IMG/VR virus record: IMGVR_UViG_3300035034_002381
Span: 1-64,000 of that record
Direction: 5' to 3' (one strand)
Length of the DNA stretch: 64,000 bases
Source of the DNA: a virus
Lineage: Duplodnaviria; Heunggongvirae; Uroviricota; Caudoviricetes
This document shows, in pieces, positions 59,828-64,000 of this stretch; position 1 is the stretch's first letter; each line of letters starts with the position of its first letter. Position numbers and translations under genes: made by a program. The notes beneath the pieces were generated by a model that was not told the origin of the DNA, did no database searches, and saw only the letters and a list, made by a program, of their open reading frames with translations.

Positions 59828-62587
59828 ATGTCATTAGAACAAGCAACTTCAGAACTCAACAGATTATTAAACACTATACCAAATAGATCGGAAGAGATTC
59901 AAAATTTTATTGAGTTACAAAAAGAATCTTTCAGAAACATTGATGGTGAATTATTTCCTAAGACAGGATTTGAAGAATTATCTTCCGCTGAGTTATTAAA
60001 TATTATAGATCAAACTTATCCTGGGTTCAAAGAAAACTTTCAAGAAATATTCGATACAATTGTACCTGTCACAATTAACGAATTTGACTCTGATGTCTAT
60101 AGCGAAAAGGAAATTCTTGAAGTAATTGAAGATTGGAAGAAAGAATGTGCTATTAGATCGTTAGGTCAAGAAAATTTTTCTAAAGAAGAGATTATAGACT
60201 CTGTTAAAGAGTGTCGGCAACAAGTAGAAAATCCTATCATTCCGTTCACAAGACAAGAAATTATTAAGGCTGCATGTGAAAAAATTATAGAAGAATCGGA
60301 AGTAAATCCAGAAGCAGTCATTCCAGGAAACCCCGATATTGAAGATGTTATTGGTGTCGACACAATAGAACCTGAACTAGGAGTCCAAGAATTAGACAAT
60401 TTACTAGAAGCAATCAAGGATCCGACTGATGTGATAATTATCGGAAATACTTTAGACACAATCCTAGAAATTTTAGTAAAAGTTGGTGATCAAATCTCAT
60501 GTGCCACACCGTTATTTAGAACAGAATCTGGAATAATACCCGGAGGATTTGACTCAGGAGTTGTAAAAGAAATATTTGTGACTGTCGGAGATTCAATACA
60601 AAACACAGAATTAATTCACATAAATGTTCTTTCAAAAAGTAAGTTAGAAAAATCTTTTGCTGAATCTAAAGAACAGATATCAGAAATTCAACAAGCTGTG
60701 GCTCTAAAGGAACAACAATATCAAGCTGAAAAGAAATGGTATTTTTTAAGATTAGAAGAAGCTTGGTTATCAGGTCGCTATGAATCATATGAATATTATT
60801 TTTCTGGTTTTACTGAAGCATTACAAAGAAGAGATACAGAAAATCAAAGATTACAGGATTTAACACAAGAAATTACTGATATCGAAGATCAAATCAATAC
60901 ATTATTTCAGGGTTATGAAACTACATTTGGAACTGGATCATTACCATTAGCAACAAGACAAAATTTAAGAAGTTTAATAGATCTTAGAAATGTTATTTAT
61001 ATTCAGATTCAGGGTGCCGTTTCCATTATAAACCAAGCGAATGGTGAAATCTTACAATTAAGAAATGAACAATACATTTTTGCTGCTACTGAGGCTGATA
61101 TTAATGCGGAAATCACGTCCGAAACTTCTATTATTGACGATTCTATTTTTTCTGTAGATATTCAAGGTAATCCAGCACCGAATGGAAATTTTATTGTTAA
61201 TCCAATTTTTGATGGTGGTACCCAAGTTCAATTCTTTATTCCTTCACAAGAAACAGTGAATGCGTATCCATCATCAAGAACTTTGGCAAAAGGAGTTCAA
61301 CAAAGAATCGAAGAATTCACAAATGAATTAGGAATCAATAATACTATTTCTAGATATATGGACGATGACGATTATTCGTTTAGTTATAATTTATCGTTTA
61401 CACGATTCCCTATAGATATTGATGGAGATGACGATGACGCATGGATCGAAGCTGAAATTATATCTAGAGATAATAGGCGAGATAGATTGTCGGGACCCTT
61501 TCATAATTTACGAGTAGGATTTTATTTGTTTGTTACAGAATCTAGTGATACATTAAAATCTACACCAGCATGGAATATTGAAGTTAAGGAAAAGGAAAAC
61601 TTATTAAGACTAAATATTGATAGTGCTATTAATAATGCTGAAAATAGAATTCGAGATTATTCTAAACAATATGGCCACATTGCTATAAAACTTCAGGACG
61701 CGTTTTTAGAAATACCTGGCACTAGTACTTTAGATTCATTTAGAATTTCTCTAGAAAATAAAGGGGCTGAACGACAAGCAGCCGAAGAATTAGTCTCAAC
61801 TATTAGAGGTGGATTAGAATCAGCAGAAGAAAAAATTCAACAATTAGAAGAAACTCTGAATTCAATAGATAATAAGACTTGCGAATATTATAAGATTTAT
61901 TCCACAGAACTCAGAAATGATATTAATTTTAAATTATGTATTTGGCCACAAGCTACATCTTTAAACGGTAATGGTGGTAGTGAAAATGGAGTACCATTAG
62001 TAAATGAGGAAATTAATTATAGATCTAATCCAAGATCATTAGAAGAATCTCCACCAATAACTGATCTAGAATGGTGGAAAAAATTCTGTAATTTAGCAAC
62101 AATATTTAATTTAGTACCCATTTATTGGCCTATTGGATTATTAATTCCTAATCCTAGTGGTATACTCAAAATTCCTTTACCAGTTATTTGGAGACCTATA
62201 TTTGTATTACAGACTCCATTAGCATTGATTGTAATTGGAATTGCACAAGCCGGAGTATTACCTGGACCATTTGTTTTTGTACTAAATCCTAATGCGTTTA
62301 GTTTGGGGCCAGTAAGTTTAAATTCTTGTTGGTTTACTGGTGCAGTCAGACCATTCAAAAAAATTAAAAATAAACCAGGATCTCAAATTTTACCTATTGC
62401 ACCAATTATACAAATAGGATTGAACAAAATTGACATAAATCCGAGTGCTACTTCTTTGATTCCATTTATTAAGGATGATCTGCCACCATACGAAAGACTT
62501 TCTTTAAATAACATTCTATTTTTGTTATTCTTGAATAGTTGGTGTAGTGCTGGCAAGAAAAGCCAAGGATTTTTTACTAACCCCTAA
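59828..62587 (+). CDS. large virion protein (coiled-coil middle, hydrophobic C-terminus); possible tape-measure/hub-associated protein
   Basis: 919 aa; lipoyl-like barrel-sandwich segment VKVGDQISCATPLFRTES...VKEIFVTVGDSI; C-terminal hydrophobic stretch WPIGLLIP...LALIVIGIAQAGVLPGPFVFVL. Confidence 0.45.
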   Translation: MSLEQATSELNRLLNTIPNRSEEIQNFIELQKESFRNIDGELFPKTGFEELSSAELLNIIDQTYPGFKENFQEIFDTIVPVTINEFDSDVYSEKEILEVIEDWKKECAIRSLGQENFSKEEIIDSVKECRQQVENPIIPFTRQEIIKAACEKIIEESEVNPEAVIPGNPDIEDVIGVDTIEPELGVQELDNLLEAIKDPTDVIIIGNTLDTILEILVKVGDQISCATPLFRTESGIIPGGFDSGVVKEIFVTVGDSIQNTELIHINVLSKSKLEKSFAESKEQISEIQQAVALKEQQYQAEKKWYFLRLEEAWLSGRYESYEYYFSGFTEALQRRDTENQRLQDLTQEITDIEDQINTLFQGYETTFGTGSLPLATRQNLRSLIDLRNVIYIQIQGAVSIINQANGEILQLRNEQYIFAATEADINAEITSETSIIDDSIFSVDIQGNPAPNGNFIVNPIFDGGTQVQFFIPSQETVNAYPSSRTLAKGVQQRIEEFTNELGINNTISRYMDDDDYSFSYNLSFTRFPIDIDGDDDDAWIEAEIISRDNRRDRLSGPFHNLRVGFYLFVTESSDTLKSTPAWNIEVKEKENLLRLNIDSAINNAENRIRDYSKQYGHIAIKLQDAFLEIPGTSTLDSFRISLENKGAERQAAEELVSTIRGGLESAEEKIQQLEETLNSIDNKTCEYYKIYSTELRNDINFKLCIWPQATSLNGNGGSENGVPLVNEEINYRSNPRSLEESPPITDLEWWKKFCNLATIFNLVPIYWPIGLLIPNPSGILKIPLPVIWRPIFVLQTPLALIVIGIAQAGVLPGPFVFVLNPNAFSLGPVSLNSCWFTGAVRPFKKIKNKPGSQILPIAPIIQIGLNKIDINPSATSLIPFIKDDLPPYERLSLNNILFLLFLNSWCSAGKKSQGFFTNP

Positions 62588-62634
62588 TTGATATATACTA
62601 AATAAACAATTATCAATTTTTTAAAAATAACAAA

Positions 62635-63840
62635 ATGAATAACATTACTGAACAAGGAGATCCAGATTTTGACTGGGCAACATATGAATCGGAAGATTTT
62701 AAAGGTTATAACAAGGATATCCAAAAAATCTATCCAGAGTCTAGAGTTTTATGTAGAAAAGACTATGCTTTAGATTTATACGAGTTAATGCTGGATTATC
62801 CAGTCAAAATTAAAGATGTCCAAGATGGAGATATAGTACAAATAACCTCTATTGAACCTGTCGAGGAATACACAGTATTAGTTACGACATATAATGGATT
62901 ATCTTTACGAGTAGATTTAACTAAAGAAAAAAGGTTCTGCGGGTTTTACGATTTAACACCCGAAGATTTATGGGAAGTTTTACAATCACCAGAAAATCAA
63001 ACAGAAATATTGGAGTCTGAACCAGTGTATATCGAAATTAAGAATACATCACAAGGGATAATTGGAAGCTTATCTAAAGCTCGAGATCATAAAGTTCAAC
63101 ATGATTTTCTTGAAGAAATTAAAAGCCCTTCTAGTGCATATCAAGCAAAGGTTGTTGGATTAAATAAGGGTGGATTTTTTGTAAAGGTTCAAGGTATTGA
63201 CGCATTTCTACCAGGTGGATTAGCTGCGGCAAATAAAATTACGAATTTTGAATCTTATTTAGGTAAAGAAATACCTGTAATGATTGAAGATTACTTGAAG
63301 GATAATGATACATTCATTGTTAGTAACAAAAAATATTTAGATCATATTTTACCAGGTAAAATTGCAAATTTATCCTTAGATAAGGAATATAAAGGTACAG
63401 TTACTGGTACTGCAAAGTTTGGTATTTTTATTGAATTTGATGAAATTTTTACTGGACTGATCCATGTTTCTAAAATGATTAAAGAAACCAAAGAACTTTT
63501 TAAGAACAGGGAAATTAAAGCAGGAGATGAAATGTATTTCTGGATCAAAGAAATCACTGATACTAACAAGATTATTTTGTCTGAAGAAAATCCTATGCTT
63601 AAAAAGATTGCGTTTGATCAATTCAAAGAAAGTAGTGTAGGAATGATTAAAGAAGGTAAAGTTATCTCAAACAAACCCTTTGGGACATTAGTCAAAATGG
63701 AAAAAGATATCATAGGATTAATTTCTAAAAAGGAATTAAAAACAAAAAATATTTTTCCTGAAGTAGGTGGAACTATTATGGTGACTGTGGATGATATCAA
63801 GAAAAATAAAATTTATCTTTCATTACCTAATGAAGCCTAA
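62635..63840 (+). CDS. S1-domain RNA-binding protein (ribosomal protein S1-like, three S1 repeats)
   Basis: YQAKVVGLNKGGFFVKVQGIDAFLPG, YKGTVTGTAKFGIFIEFDEIFTGLIHVSKM and IKEGKVISNKPFGTLVKMEKDIIGLISKKEL. Confidence 0.7.
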   Translation: MNNITEQGDPDFDWATYESEDFKGYNKDIQKIYPESRVLCRKDYALDLYELMLDYPVKIKDVQDGDIVQITSIEPVEEYTVLVTTYNGLSLRVDLTKEKRFCGFYDLTPEDLWEVLQSPENQTEILESEPVYIEIKNTSQGIIGSLSKARDHKVQHDFLEEIKSPSSAYQAKVVGLNKGGFFVKVQGIDAFLPGGLAAANKITNFESYLGKEIPVMIEDYLKDNDTFIVSNKKYLDHILPGKIANLSLDKEYKGTVTGTAKFGIFIEFDEIFTGLIHVSKMIKETKELFKNREIKAGDEMYFWIKEITDTNKIILSEENPMLKKIAFDQFKESSVGMIKEGKVISNKPFGTLVKMEKDIIGLISKKELKTKNIFPEVGGTIMVTVDDIKKNKIYLSLPNEA

Positions 63841-64000
63841 ACATTATACACAGAATGAAATTTTAGAAGGTTCTAGAATAGGAATCGAGTTTGAGTTTTA
63901 TACCAAAATTTCACCAAATAAAGTAGGAAAAATGCTTTCTGAAAAATTAGGTAAAAACGTGGTAGTACCAAAATCTATTACCGAACTTGAGAAAAAAGAA
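63830..64000 (+). CDS. hypothetical protein, 3'-truncated by the window edge
   Basis: ATG at 63830 overlaps the S1 gene end; MKPKHYTQNEILEGSRIGIEFEFY... stays open to position 64000. Confidence 0.5.
   Translation, partial: MKPKHYTQNEILEGSRIGIEFEFYTKISPNKVGKMLSEKLGKNVVVPKSITELEKKE

Overview
AT-rich window with almost every credible gene on the + strand, in tightly coupled operons with many ATGA/TAATG stop-start overlaps. It reads as part of a large, distantly T4-like tailed phage. Sequence hints that the host is a Bacteroidota member: a Bacteroidota-style signal peptide, a TonB-dependent-receptor fragment and a T9SS-like C-terminal tail. All similarity statements are made by eye from remembered sequences. 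Nothing was computed.

Layout:
- 1-1100: tRNA island 1.
- 1201-3176: two CDSs.
- 3180-4520: non-coding island of tRNAs plus stem-closed tRNA-mimic RNAs.
- 4529-6472: Ro60/TROVE-like vWA protein.
- 6577-8870: small genes, including a 2H phosphoesterase and a TonB-receptor fragment.
- 9119-10980: tRNA island 2, with canonical tRNAs, four atypical Leu-anticodon tRNAs, a circularly permuted tRNA-like element and minihelices.
- 11035-17058: small genes and a secreted M43 metallopeptidase.
- 17120-21007: head module, with a T4 gp21-like prohead protease fused to a scaffold region and a gp23-like major capsid protein.
- 21117-22802: free-standing homing-endonuclease-like gene, followed by a relic of the capsid gene 3' end.
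- 22919-26081: family of small proteins with a T4 capsid-targeting-sequence-like leader.
- 26086-32362 and 37791-43976: sugar-activation, glycosyltransferase and tailoring genes, including a LicC/LicA-like fusion, LicD, GT2-TPR, FkbM, GT25, a pyruvyl transferase, two possibly T4 beta-glucosyltransferase-like paralogs and a C5-cytosine methyltransferase.
- 34123-37714: Prs-like, PNKP-like and NAMPT-like genes, a candidate NAD+ reconstitution module.
- 44031-45468: gp1-like dNMP kinase and gp42-like dCMP hydroxymethylase.
- 50463-62587: tail-fibre and baseplate module.
- 62635-63840: protein with three S1 domains.

The most interesting candidates are:
1. A complex hydroxymethylcytosine glycan/phospho-decoration system.
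2. A Ro60-like protein with adjacent Y-RNA-like tRNA mimics, plus the permuted and atypical tRNAs.
3. The capsid-targeting-leader protein family.
4. A NARP1-like NAD+ module.
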